From contig OZ024748.1 in assembly GCA_964016885.1 (NCBI GenBank), positions 16,058,001-16,122,000 on the forward strand: 64,000 nt of DNA, read 5' to 3'. Shown one piece after another: positions 1 through 14,567 of the stretch; position 1 is the first letter of the stretch, and each line of letters opens with the position of its first letter. The notes under the pieces were generated by a model. That model had not been told where the DNA came from and ran no database searches. It saw nothing but the letters and a program-made list of their open reading frames with translations. The DNA comes from Eledone cirrhosa (Eukaryota). Made by a program: the position numbers and the translations under genes.

Positions 1-139
1 ATAACAACAAACATTGTAAGTTGAAATAGAATAGATAATGTTAGGAATAATAACAACAATAATCACATCAACAACAATAACAACAATAATAATAGTAATA
101 ATAATAATAATAATAATAATGATAATAATAATAATAATG

Positions 140-447
140 TTTTCTTTATTAACCACAAGGGTTTACATAAAGTAGACATTAAGTACAGTACAGGACGGTA
201 CGATGTGGGTATTGTGCGTGTAAATATTTTATTATTTATATAAGAAAAGAAAAAAAGACATAAAACATATATATATATATATATATAAACAATAAAATGA
301 AAATTGAAACAATGAAAAATTCCCCAATAGGGGGGAAGCCTCCGAGGGTTACTCGTGGCGAAAACCACACAAAAGACCACGGCTACCCTGACTACCAGGG
401 CAAGCGCCCTCTCTCAATTTTTCCATCTCTCAAACTACAGACGTATA
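140..447 (-). mobile_element. 3' UTR remnant of an L1/Tx1-like non-LTR retrotransposon
   Basis: On the minus strand it ends in ...gtggttAATAAAgaaa followed by an (ATT)n tract. It shares the ctattgggga motif and end architecture with the copies at 36520 and 38800. Confidence 0.5.
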
Positions 448-477
448 TGATAATAATAATAGTAATAATATTAATAA

Positions 478-660
478 TTGTTTCTACTTTAGGCACAAGG
501 CCAGCAATTATCCAGTGCATTACTGGTACTTTATTTTATCGACCCCCGTAAGGATGAAAGGCAAAGTCAACCTCGGCGGGATTTGAACTCAGATCATAAA
601 GGGACGTAACTATGCTGGAAAGCATGGCGTCCGACCCTCTACCGATACTGCCAATCCACC
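478..660 (-). mobile_element. tRNA-derived SINE, family A (Nin-like central domain, (ATT)n tail)
   Basis: Pol III A box tggcagtatcggtag and B box gagttcaaatccc on the minus strand, central cctttcatccttacggggtcgataaaataaagtaccag. More than 20 copies in the window. Confidence 0.85.
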
Positions 661-1079
661 AATATTAATAATAATAGTTGTTTCTACTTTAGGCACAAGG
701 CTAGCAATAACCCAGTACATTACTGGTACTTTATTAATAATAATAATGCTTTCTAATATTAATAACAATAATAAGAAGAAGAATAACAGTAATAATAATA
801 ACAGTAATAATAATAACAGTAATAACAATAACAGTAATAATAATAACAGTAATAATAATAACAGTAATAATAATAACAGCAACAATATTAATAGTAATGA
901 CAGTAACAACATTGAAAATAATAGTTTTAATAGAATATATATCATACCACGTTTCTTTTTCAACTGGCGCCGGTACCATTAAAATAAATGTATTTCAGTT
1001 GGTTGTATTTCTGACAAATGTGGTTCGACAACATATGACCTTCAGGATATTAGAGATAATAATAATAATGATAATAATA

Positions 1080-2196
<1,117 letters not shown>

Positions 2197-2838
2197 TAGA
2201 GATAAGAGGGATCAGATGTTGTTTACTCGAGAGAAGGCTACGTTGGTATGGACACATGATGCGCATGAAAGTCGATAGCTGTATAACAAAGTGCAGGGCA
2301 ATAAAGATAGACGGTAGTCACGGAATAGGCAGACCTAGAAAAACCTGGGACGAGCTGATAAACTCCGACATCACACACTTACACCTCTCCAAGACAATGT
2401 CACTGGACCGAGACCTTTGGCGGTACTCAGTAACAGAGAAGACCCGCCTTACCTAAATATATAGTAAAACCTACTCCAGCCAGTAGGCATCTCTAACAAA
2501 ATACACCCCGTCCCACCACCACCACCCCATCCACACCACCCCGTTCTATGTAAAGTTATGTTGGTGCCGCGCCATCCAGGCCGAAACAAATGAGATCGTG
2601 TAGGTGTCACGACAAAAAAACACACAGTCCACGCTGTAATGTGGCCGTGTAGGCAACACGGTAAAAACCTCCCAGACCCACACTGTAAATGTGGTTGGTG
2701 TTAGGAAGGGCATTCAACTGTAGAAAACCTGCCAGACAGTCCTATGCGAGCAAGACAATCACTCTTGCCTCAAGTGGGACTACCCCCGTCCAAACCCATG
2801 CAAGCGTGGAACACGGACGTTAAACGTTGATGATGATA
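2197..2838 (+). mobile_element. 5'-truncated RTE-clade LINE 3' end (ORF C-terminus, 3' UTR, (GAT)n tail)
   Basis: Translates [12 protein letters not shown]...GRPRKTWDELI...DRDLWR, a typical RTE C-terminus. Stop at 2456, UTR ends ggacgttaaacgttgatgatgat. Confidence 0.88.
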
Positions 2839-2961
2839 TATATATATATATGTGTGTGTGTGTTTGTGTGTATATATATGTATGTATACATACATATATT
2901 AACACACACACATATATATATATATATATAATAATATAGATAATAAACATAATATTAATAA

Positions 2962-3760
2962 TTGTTTCTACTTTAGGTACAAGGCCAGCAATTACCCAGT
3001 GCATTACTGGTACTTTATTTTATCGACCCCGTTAGGATGAAAGGTAAAGTTAACCTTAACAGGATTTGAACTCAGACCGTAAAGGGACGTAAACATAATA
3101 TTAATAATAATATCAATATAGATAATAATAAAAATATTGACAACAACAAATCAATAATAATAATAATAACAATGGTTTCTTATTTAGGCACAAGGTCAGC
3201 AATTTTGGGTGGAGGGGAAAGTCAATTAAATCGACCCCAGTACGTTACTGGTGCTTTATTTTATCAACCCTGTAAGCATGTCGATAAAATAAAGTACTAG
3301 TAATGCACTGGGAAAATTGCTGGCCTTGTGCCAAAAGTAGAAACTATTATTATTATTATTATTATTATTATGGGCGGTGGATTGGCAGTATCAGTAGAGG
3401 GTCGGACGGCATGCTTTGCAGCACAGAGTTACGTCCCTTCATGGAGTGACTTCAAATACCGCCGAGGTTAACTTTGCCTTCAATCCTTACGGGGTTGATA
3501 AAATAAAGTACCAGTAATGCACTGGATAATTGCTGGTCTTGTGCCAAAAGTAGAAACAATTATTATTATTGTGGATTGGCAGGTATTGGTAGAGGGTCGG
3601 ACGCCATGCTTTCCAGCATAGTTACGTCCCTTTATGATCTGAGTTCAAATCCCGCCGAGGTTGACTTTGCCTGTTTATCCTTACGGGGTCGATAAAATAA
3701 AGTACCAGTAATGCACTGGGAAATTGCTGGTCTTGTGCCAAAAGTAGAAACAATTATTAT
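2962..3760. mobile_element. Cluster of five family A SINE copies or fragments in both orientations
   Basis: Minus-strand copies at 2962-3093 and 3173-3275; plus-strand copies at 3282-3345, 3372-3560 and 3571-3755. Confidence 0.85.
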
Positions 3761-4335
3761 TATTAATATTATATAATGATGATGATGATGATGGTGGTAA
3801 TAATAACAACAACAAAAACCACAAATCAATAATGATAATGTTATTTAATATATGAGTTTCTGTAAAACTGAACATATAACATAGTAAAGGATGATGTGCT
3901 TGGTCTAGAAATAAAAAATATATATATATAATTATTTTTTTAAATGTACATAAAAACAATAAAAAAAATCTCCGATAGTAATAATGATGATGATAATGAT
4001 AATAATGATGATGATAATAATGATAATATTTATAATGGTATTATTAATAATAACTAGTATCCTATAACGGTTACAGGAAGAACAAATTATTACTAATCCA
4101 TACAGAATTTCTTTTTTTTTATTATTAGTATATTTATTGTTTTGTTAAATAGAAACAAAGGAATGATTATATACATACATACATACATACATATATATAT
4201 GCATATATATGTGTGTGTGTGTATTTATATATATATATACATATATATGTATATATTATATATAATATATATATTTTTATATACATATATATATAGTAAT
4301 AATAATAATAATAATAAATATATATACATATATAT

Positions 4336-4399
<64 letters not shown>

Positions 4400-4598
4400 G
4401 TTGAGGATTGCTAAATTAAACATCATAAATCTTCGCCGATTCCAATGTAGTTTAGTTCCAAAATAACTTTTATAGCATCTTAAGTAAATGTTATATGGAA
4501 GCAAGAACTTTTCAGAATAAATGGAAAAACAATTCCATTATTTTCTATAGATAAAGGTTTCAGATTGGTGAGCAATTTGTATTTTCCTTATTCAAGTA

Positions 4599-4953
4599 CT
4601 CTTGAATCCCCTAAAATAAGAGGAGATTGGAAAATCAGTAATTTTTCCAAGTTGTTTCCATTGATTTATTTTAAAAATCAGAAATAGTCGTTTAGTTTAC
4701 ATATTAAGATCTCAATCCATCCTATTTATTTTATAACATATGGGATTTCTAGTAATGTTCTTTTTTTTTGTCATGTATAATGTTTTTTTAATAGAAAATT
4801 GAAATTTTGAAGGAAAATTAATTATTGCAGGAGTGCTACTACTTAGAATAAAATTTTGCAGGAGATAAAGTAGCAAAATTTAATAAGTGGGGGAGTTTAA
4901 AAATATCTGAAAAAAATCAACAAGTGGGGAGACGATAATTTGTGATCGAAGAG
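4599..4953. mobile_element. Degenerate TA-flanked MITE (Tc1/mariner-pogo type)
   Basis: Imperfect terminal inverted repeats ta-ctcttgaatc ... gatcgaagag-ta. Confidence 0.4.
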
Positions 4954-6050
4954 TAGAACTTTCAGTTATAGAGATGCATCTTCAGAAATCATCCTTAAGT
5001 TTGAACATAAAATCAATAAAACCAATAAATCAGAACATGATCAATAAATTATTAAAAAAAAAAAAAATGAAACAAATAATGTTTTAACTCTTTCGCAACC
5101 ATATTTCTAATGAAATACACTTGATTATTTTGAGGCAATTACTAAAATAATTAACTATTTCATTACTAAGATAATACTTTAACGTATATTTCTTCCTCCG
5201 GGGAAACACCTTCTCTATTCTGTCTGCTGGGGCCAGGGGGCAGCCAGCGTGGGGCCCCCATTTGCTCATAATAGTGAGAGATGGGGAGAGCAGGAGAGAC
5301 GGAAGCAGTGAGATGTATGTATATGTATGTATATGTATGTATGTATATGTATGTATGTGCGTATATGTATGTTTCACAGACACACAGTCACACTGAGAAC
5401 CAGTACCACTATATATACAATATATAAAATTATGTTGGAAGATTTTAATTTATATAGGAATCTTTTGAAATTTTAAGTTTGACTTAATAGAATCTGATCC
5501 AGTTTTGGCTAGGCTGGGATCAAATGGGTTAAAACTTTCAAGACACTGCTTGTAATTTTAAAATCATTTTGAAAATTAATTAAGAATTTGTGTGGATTTA
5601 ATAATATAATTAACTTTCTCGTTATTAAGTTGGGGTTTGAAGAGAATTTAACATATGTTCTGACATAAAATTATGATTGAAGGTTTTTAGATGAGTATAA
5701 ACATTTTGTATCACAGAACCTTGGGAAGTTTCATGAGGATTAGTATCAAAAGAATTAAACAATAAAATAACAATTTAGCCTAGATACACTATATATCCTT
5801 GTGTGCAGTAAGAAGTGACTAAAAGTGTTGGTGTCAGGAAGGACATCCAGTAGTAAAACATTGCCACAAAATGTCCTGTCCAACCCATGCCGGCATGGAA
5901 AATTCTGTGTAAAAATGGTGATGATGATGATGATGATAATGATGGTGTACACATTGTATATTGCAAGTAAATTTCTTTCTACTATAAAACGTTTCTTAAT
6001 ATACCCAAGACTGTCTGAAATCCTTAACATTGTCCCACACACACACATAC

Positions 6051-6102
<52 letters not shown>

Positions 6103-7727
6103 TATATATATATACATATATATACATTAATAATATATATATACACATATATATACACACATATATATACACACACACAAGCCACTTAATGAGAACAAAT
6201 TCATTGAAAAGCCACTTTAACACTAATTGAAATTGCAGCCCTATGTCATATGGGCAGAAGTAATTTGGACTTAAATGGTTAAAAGCAAGATTTAGATTCA
6301 TATAAATTATGTTGAATAAAGTAGTTATAGATTTTCCTAGAAAGTGCTTTTGTAAAAAGAGAAAATTGATCATCATCATCATCATCATCATTATTATTTA
6401 ATGTCTGCTTTCCATACTGGACAGTTTGTCAGTAAAAAAAAACCTGATTGGTCAGAATATCATGTTTTGTCCATATGCTCCATATTTGGTATGATTTTAA
6501 AAGCTGGATACCCTTCCTAATGTCAACCACTTTACAGAGTGTACTGAATGCATTTTATTGTGGCATTGGCATTATGATTTCACAGTGTGGACTGGGTGTA
6601 TCTTTATTGTGCCACCAGCACTACCACTTGACAAAGTGTTCACTATGTATTTTATCATGGCACCAACACTAGAGAGGTTGTGATATGCTCAGCCACAAAG
6701 AAGAGTCCTCTCTACCCTATATTTCCTCCATGATAATTCTATTATATTTCTAATGGATGTAGGGTCTAGAAAACTCTGTTGCATGCATTACAGTATTAAT
6801 TTTAGTTCATCTACAACATGTAATTGAAATCTTGCCAGAGGTATATATTAGTTTTTAAAAATAAAATTCCATCTAGCATATACTGGCCAAGGTCCACTTT
6901 GCTTTTCATTCTTCTGGGATCAACAAAAAATACCAGTTTAGGGTAGTGAATTTGCAGATTTAACAACGTATCAGAGAAAGGATGCCTTGCAGTATTTGTT
7001 CCTGTTCTTTATGCCCTTAGTTGAAATCCCACCACGTCTTACTTGGGTCGTAGGCTTAAAACAGCACTTGGTTCAATCAACATTACTGAAAGTTACTTGG
7101 GCACCTCTAGAAGAATCTACTCTGTTGCAAGCATTTGAGTCAGGTCACCAGTTTGAGAATACCTTCCTCCTTCCTTCCTTTTCCACTGGTATCAGAACCT
7201 CTAAATATGGTGTTGAGGAAGCACTGCTTTTTTGCCTGACTAAGTGATAAGAGAAAATATTGAATCCTATGAACTATTTGTCATACCTGAAATATTTTTC
7301 CCTTGTGTTCTGATGAGAAATAATCAATGATTCTTCCATATTAAATCTGAAACCTCCCAACCCCAACAAAATAAAACACCAAAAAAGAAAGAAACTAATA
7401 AACAGAAACTATACAACACAGGTAAGCACACATAACCTGTGAAGTCCCTTAAACATGTTTTCAACAGGGCTGTAGCTATTTCAGTTTGCTTTGATGTCTC
7501 TTGAGAAAGACATAAATATGACATAATCACAACATCGTCTTTCTTTTTTCTTAAGATGTTAAGACATTCTGCTGACATAACAAATCTGTTTGTAAACATA
7601 AAAGAAAATAATGGATTTTTAGATGCTCTTTGATAATCTACTTTTTCTTGTGACTTTTTTTTAAAACTTTCTATTTCCTATTTTCATTTAAGAAGTATCA
7701 TTATATATGTATATATGTGTATATATG

Positions 7728-7794
<67 letters not shown>

Positions 7795-7796
<2 letters not shown>

Positions 7797-8641
7797 TCAT
7801 TATTTAATATCCATCTTCCACACTAGCATGGGTTGAACGGTTTTGTCCCACTTGAGGCGAGATTGGCTACGAGAATGTTTCTCACTCGTACAGGTTTTCT
7901 ACAGATGGCTGCCCTTTCTAACACCAACCACATTTACAGTGTGGACTGGGAGCTTTTTTACCATGTCTCCTACATGATCACTTTACAGTGTGGACTGGGT
8001 GCTTTTTGTCATGTCACCTACACGACCACTTTACAGTGGACGGAAGTGGGAGGATGGAGTAGGGGGTGTGGGGTGGGATGTATATTGGGTCAAGAGGTGC
8101 CTACTGACTGTAGGTTTAAGTTTGTATGCAGGCGAAGGCGGATCTTCTGTATAACTGCCTAGTGCCAAAGATCTTGATCCAGTGACATTGACAATGTCAC
8201 TGGACCGAGATCTTTGGTGCTACACAGTAATACAGAAGACCCGCCTTGCCTAAGTACAAAGCGAAACCTACAGTCAGTAGGCACCTCTAACAAAAATACA
8301 CCCCCGTCCCACTACCCTCACCCCATCCACACCACCCCTTTCAAAGTAAAGTTATGTTGGTACCACAACATCCAGTCCAAAACAAATGAGGTTGTGTAGG
8401 TGTCACGACAAAAAAACACACAGTCCATGCTGTAATGTGGCTGTGTAGGTAACACGGTAAAAACTCCCCAGTCCACACTGTAAACGTGGTTGGTGTTAGG
8501 AAGGGCATCCAGTCGTAGAAAACCCGCCAGACAGTCCTATATGAGCAAGACAACCAATCTTGCCTCAAGTGGGAAAATTACCGTCCAAACCCATGCTAGC
8601 ATGGAAGATGGACGTTAAACGATGATGATGATGATGATGAT
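7795..8641. mobile_element. Two head-to-head RTE LINE 3' ends forming an approximately 850 bp palindrome
   Basis: Centre ccagtgacattg-a-caatgtcactgg at 8191. Both arms are homologous to 2390-2838, with (CAT)n and (GAT)n tails at the outer ends. Confidence 0.85.
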
Positions 8642-10586
8642 AAATATATATATATAAATTTATGTATACAGACATATATATATATATATATATATTACTT
8701 TTATATTTGAAATATTATTTATATAATTACCATGTGAAACCTATTCATATTTCAGTAATGTAGTGTAATCCTTGTATGTGTGTATGTGTACAGATGAAGA
8801 AAAGAACAGCTTTTAGTAGCAGACTTCTACATTATCTCAAGTATTAACTTACATTTCTATAATTTTGAGATGACAAGTCTCAAATATTGACTTTTCAAAA
8901 GTCTTTTTCATGTTTATTTTATCTGCACTAAAACTTGTGTCAATTTTACTTTTACTTAATCAGTAAAAGCCAAGATTCTTTTAGAATCAATCAATTTAAT
9001 GTCATTTTAGAAAATATCTAATTTATTTAAATATTCCTGACTATATTTAAAATATTCTGTACTTGAGAGTTGTATGATGTCTTTATTAGTTCATGTAACA
9101 TTACTAATGTAAATTAATTATCCAATTCAAATAGCCAATAACTACTAACGATCTATTACGTATGAGTTAAACATTTTGATGATTGGCTATTTTTCGAAAT
9201 GAAATGATGTTATTTGATACTTTTTTCTTGAAATTCTGGTTGTTGATTGAACTAAATTCTGAGATCATCTTTGCTTTTTAATCTTGTGAATGTTGATAAA
9301 TTAGGTAATCTGAATGGAAGTAATAAAGCATGACATATTGTATGACTTGACCCTCTCTAGGTTATAACCCAGCTGATGTCTTCTAGAGAAAATAAAGAAA
9401 GATAGGGGGAGAAAGTGACAAAAATATATAGATGAAGAATCAATCCAAGTACTGGACTAGTAGACTAGCATTTTATTTATCAACCTCAAAACAATGAAAA
9501 TCATAATTGACCTTGATAGGATCTGAATGTAGAGCACAACACAAATACCAAGGCACTTTTAATCTGATGCCATAAAACTCTACCAATTAATTCATCACCT
9601 GATATATTGTATGTATGTATGCATGAGCACATAAATCCTGTTATGGTGTCGTAGGGGTGCTGCTTTCATATACTGTGTATCTAGGGTCTTTTTTCAAAAC
9701 CTAGCAGAGTCTGAACACAGCAGATTTTATCCAGAGAAAAAAAGAAAGTGAGAGAGAGGAATTGAGAAAGAGATATACAGGACAAATCGCCCCAGTACTT
9801 GACTGGTACTTTTTTTTATCAACCACAAATGGATAAATGGTAAAATTGACCTGAGTAAGATCTGAACTCAGTTAGCAGAGAGCCAAAACAAATACCACAA
9901 AGCATTCTATCTGACCTTCAAATGTCTCAACCAATTTTCCATATCTGCTTGATATATTAAATACCTGTAATTTACTGGGTTACATTTTATCAACTTTATC
10001 TCCCTTTCTTAAATTAAAGGGCTTGTACCTAGCATTTGGTACTGAATTGGCATAGTTTTTAACCCTTTCATGACCACATTTCTAATGAAATACACCCTAT
10101 TTTAATTAATTCATGAAGAATTTTGAGTAATTTACTAAAATTATTGACTATTTCATTATTAAGATTGTAACAATGTAGAAGAAAATAACTTGCATGGTAA
10201 AAGAGAACCAAGATTCTATGAAGTGGGACTGAGCCTAGAATCTCAATATTTAGAGATACAGGAAATAGAAAATAAAAGAAAATAATAAAAGAAAATAAAA
10301 ATAAAAATGGTCCCTCCTTAAATGGTTTATTTTTATTTTTAGAATTGATGGAAAATGATGAGTAGACTTCTACAGAGTGTTCTAGAATCAATAAGCGATA
10401 CCTACACGTACTTATATCCTAATTAATAAAAAATAATGAAGACAAATAAACTAAAGAAACCAATAAAACATTCCACAATCATGTTGAATAATAATTATTA
10501 ATGAAGAAGACATGGAATCTAGCAAAAGAGAGAGGAATAACCACTTAGGAATTTTTTGAATGATAATTCTACACCTCACCTTAGAC

Positions 10587-10589
<3 letters not shown>

Positions 10590-10626
<37 letters not shown>

Positions 10627-10667
10627 GATATATATATATACACAGACATATATACACACATATATAC

Positions 10668-10703
<36 letters not shown>

Positions 10704-10818
10704 TATACATATATATATACATACATATACATACATATATACATATATATATACATACATATATACATATATACATAAACATATATATACATATATACAT
10801 AAACATATATATACATCA

Positions 10819-10910
<92 letters not shown>
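10590..10910. repeat. (TA)n/(CA)n microsatellite
   Basis: Directly visible. Confidence 0.97.
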
Positions 10911-10912
<2 letters not shown>

Positions 10913-11325
10913 CTATGCCATTGAGATACTTTAAGGTACATCTCCACATCAAAGAAGAAGACGACAAAAAAGAGAAAATGAAGAAAATTAACGTGTTAAT
11001 TACGAAAGGTCTCTACATTAATGATTGGCTCGTTAAATACAAGATGTAATAAAGTTATTAACTATAATGACCCTTATTTTTGAATTTATTTTCTCTTTGG
11101 TATATCAGTGAGGTCATGCTAATGAGATGGTTTTCACACACTACCTTGATTCATTGATTGATTTCATCTATACAATAAGTAATTAATAATTTAATTAATA
11201 CTTAAGGAATGAAGAACATGAAATTAATGAAGGATTGAAACATCAACTAGGGAACGAGTTTTTAATTTGTAAAATATGTAATACTTGCATATATATATAA
11301 ACACACACACACATATATATGCACA

Positions 11326-11405
<80 letters not shown>

Positions 11406-11440
11406 AAATATAAAACAATCACATTTTTGCTTAATTCAAT

Positions 11441-11493
11441 TAATTGCTGATGATGGTTTCTTCCAGACAACTGTCTGGAATCATCAGAGCTTA
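11441..11493 (-). ncRNA. Type I hammerhead ribozyme motif (minimal, Penelope-like-element type)
   Basis: Minus strand reads uaagcu CUGAUGA uuccagac-aguu-gucuggaa GAAA ccauca UC agc. Perfect 8 bp stem II, short stem I, eroded stem III. Confidence 0.7.
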
Positions 11494-11629
11494 CACAATG
11501 TTTAAACAAGTAATTACATTCCTTAAATTTGATTGCTTTATATTTTGTATTTCTGCTCTGTAATACATCTGATAATTTACATTGAGCTATTTCTTTTACT
11601 GGTAATTGGGTAGTGCAGCATACTACCCT

Positions 11630-11632
<3 letters not shown>

Positions 11633-11663
<31 letters not shown>

Positions 11664-12110
11664 CCGTTTTACGTCCGTTCTTCCACGCTAGCATGGGTTA
11701 GACGGGTTTTCCTGTTGTGGGCAGTGTCTGGTCGGCTGACCATGCCTTGCTCATACAGGAACTGATTTGGCTTGATTTCTACAGCTGGATGCCCTTCCTC
11801 ACACCAACCTCATTTACAGTGAGTGCTGGGTGCTTTTTCGTGGCGTCTACACGTCCACTTTACAGTGTGGGCTGGGTGCTTTTTTGCCGTGGCACCTCCA
11901 CGACTACCTTGCGGTGGGGGGTGTGGGGGCATATTGTCTATATCCTTCAGCTTGTACCCATGGGAGGTCGGGACTCTGTATTACTGCGTGACTCCAGAGG
12001 TCACAGTCGTGTGTCATCGCCTTTGAGAGGTGTAAATGGGTAAGGTTGGCTTTTATCACCTCATCCCAGGTCATCTTGGGTCTCCCGACTCCGCGGTTTC
12101 CATCGACTTC
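11633..12110 (-). mobile_element. RTE-clade LINE 3' end
   Basis: Minus strand translates VDGNRGVGRPKMTWDEVIKANLTHLHLSKAMTHDCDLW, homologous to the 2145-2456 ORF, then UTR and (GAT)n tail. Confidence 0.85.
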
Positions 12111-12179
12111 ATATTTATAATTATATATAACTCATATACAAGTATTATTAGTATATACATATATAAATATACAAGTATT

Positions 12180-12216
<37 letters not shown>

Positions 12217-12334
12217 TATACATATACTATTTTAGTCAGTTTGATTACCAATGGTGGTTCTGGTTGTGGTTTGGCAGAATTAAAATTCTAAAACAATTTT
12301 TCCAATCTGGCTTACTGTTGTTGTTTTATATATA

Positions 12335-12673
12335 TATCATCATCATCATTTTTTACGTCTGCTTTTCCCTGCTTGCAAGGGTGGGACGGGAACTGATTCT
12401 GGCTTGATTTCTACAGCTGCATGCCCTTCCTAACACCAACCTCATTTACAGTGAGTGCTGGGTGCTTTTTTGCCATGGTACCTCCACGACCACTTTGCAG
12501 TGGAATGTTATGGACCCCAGTCCCTATCATCTCATTTCTACAGCTTAATAAACTGGAGCAATGTGAAACAAAGTGTCTTGCTCAAGGAAACAACACATCA
12601 CCCTGTCTGCGAATTGAACTCACAACCTGTCGATTACAAGGCCAATGCTCTAACCACTAAGCCATGTGCCTCC
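12335..12673 (-). mobile_element. tRNA-derived SINE, family B, full length, with RTE-derived 3' tail
   Basis: Head ggaggcacatggcttagtggttagagc...gagttcaattc, core ccttgagcaagacactt, tail ggtgttaggaagggcat shared with the RTE 3' UTR. Confidence 0.85.
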
Positions 12674-12690
12674 ATATATATATATATATA

Positions 12691-12857
12691 TATGAAGTAT
12701 TCAGGACCCCTATGGCTGAGCTCCTGTCATTAATGAAACAGCAGGAGCTCAGCCATCAGGGTCCCAAATCCTTCATATTACCCACTCTACTACCCCAAGT
12801 ATCGAGTACTCTGGTGAGTAATAGTCTAACTGGTTTTTACTGTATCCATTCTGATTT
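12691..12857 (+). mobile_element. Short palindromic element with a hammerhead 3' half (putative Penelope-like relic)
   Basis: Inverted repeat 12691-12777 containing GAAAC..GAGCTC..; tail actctactaccccaagtatcgagtactctgg homologous to 59883-59913. Confidence 0.55.
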
Positions 12858-13084
12858 ATATACATACATACACACATACATTTTTACACACATACACACA
12901 CATATATATATATATATATCCATATGTTGCATATGTATATGCAATGTATGTTTGTAACAGTGTGTGTTAATGTCTTACATGAAATAAACAAATAAATACA
13001 TCAAGCTCTACTTTGATTTATGATTTAAAAATTACATTTATCTGTGAAAAAATATCTAGGAAGCCATTTCTAGTTGTTCACTTT

Positions 13085-13347
13085 TGTTGTCTACTATCAC
13101 ACAATCTAACACATCTTGTGTCTACTATCACAAATTTCAACACATCTGGTGTTTATTATCATGCAATCTAACACATCTGGTGTCTAGTATTACAATACCC
13201 AACACATCTGTTGTTTACAATCACAATATCACACACATCTGTTGTGTATTATCATAACATTGTACACATCTGTTCTCTATTATCGCAACATCCCATACAT
13301 TTGTTGTCTGCTATCGCAACATCCCACACATCTGTTCTCTACTATCA
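13085..13347. repeat. Degenerate approximately 31 bp minisatellite
   Basis: Recurrent cacatctgttgtctactatcac, about 8 copies. Confidence 0.85.
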
Positions 13348-14213
13348 TATGGTTCATATATAAGATTATGTTGGAAGATTTACATTTAAATTGATCTATT
13401 GAATCAATCGACAAGATCCCAGACCTCTCATTTGCTTGCCGAGATCATGGAACTCATCAAATCAGACCAAGGAAACAATATTTCCATTGGTCTTTCCAAA
13501 TGCTTATACTATCTACTGGTCCCAACTCCTTGCTGGATCTAAACAGTAACCTTTTAAAATGAGTGTGGTGGGGGGGGGGTCTGTTTCATAAAACCAGAGT
13601 TGGTTTTAGTTATGTTGGTATCAAAAAGGTTTTAATGAAGTATACTAGCCAACAGTGTGCCAGAGTCCATCCATCACACTAATCACAGATGGCCCTAATA
13701 TGTTTAGGAGTCCTGCCCCTCTTTCCTAACTAATCAGTAACAAAGAAAAAGTGGTAGGAATCTGTGGAAGAAGAAGAATAATAAGGAAAATATATGAAGA
13801 AGAGTTGAGAGATGATGTTATGTAGGAATAGAAGAAATGGTGAAATATAGGTTACTAGAGAAGAAACAATGAAACCATGTAAGAAGGATGAAATGAATGT
13901 AAAATGATGTAAGTGATGATGATGATGATGATGATGATGATCAGGAGGATGATACTGATAGTGATGATGATACTGGTGATAATGTTGATGATGATGATGA
14001 TGATGAGGAAGGTGAAGATGATATTGGTGGTGATGATGATGATGATGATATCGATAACTTTGATGATGATACTGAATGATGAAGATGATACTGATGATGA
14101 TGTTGATTACGACAACAATGATAACAACCTGTGTGTGTCACAGTGTTTGTGTGTGTATGTGCATATTTGTGTGTATGTGTGTTTGCATGATTGTGTGCAT
14201 GTGTTTGTCTGTC

Positions 14214-14263
<50 letters not shown>

Positions 14264-14442
14264 CTTATCTGTGTTAAAAGTTGAATTTCTCTAGGTTTGA
14301 TTGAAATATACAGTTAAAGATGAAAGGAAAAGAAGAGAAGGGAAAAATGTATAAAAGAGAGAGAGAAAGTGCAACAGAGAGAGAAAAAGAGAAATTGAGA
14401 GCAACAGAGTAAGAGAGAGAGAGAGCAGGAGCAAATGAGTGA

Positions 14443-14501
<59 letters not shown>

Positions 14502-14567
14502 GTTGAATGAAAAGAAATTTAGTAATAAAAGTGTATAGAGAGGAATAAATAATATTAAACTGAGAGA

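Noticed and set aside
13400-13545. Possible non-LTR reverse transcriptase relic
   Set aside because: Only a vague resemblance, with no diagnostic motif.
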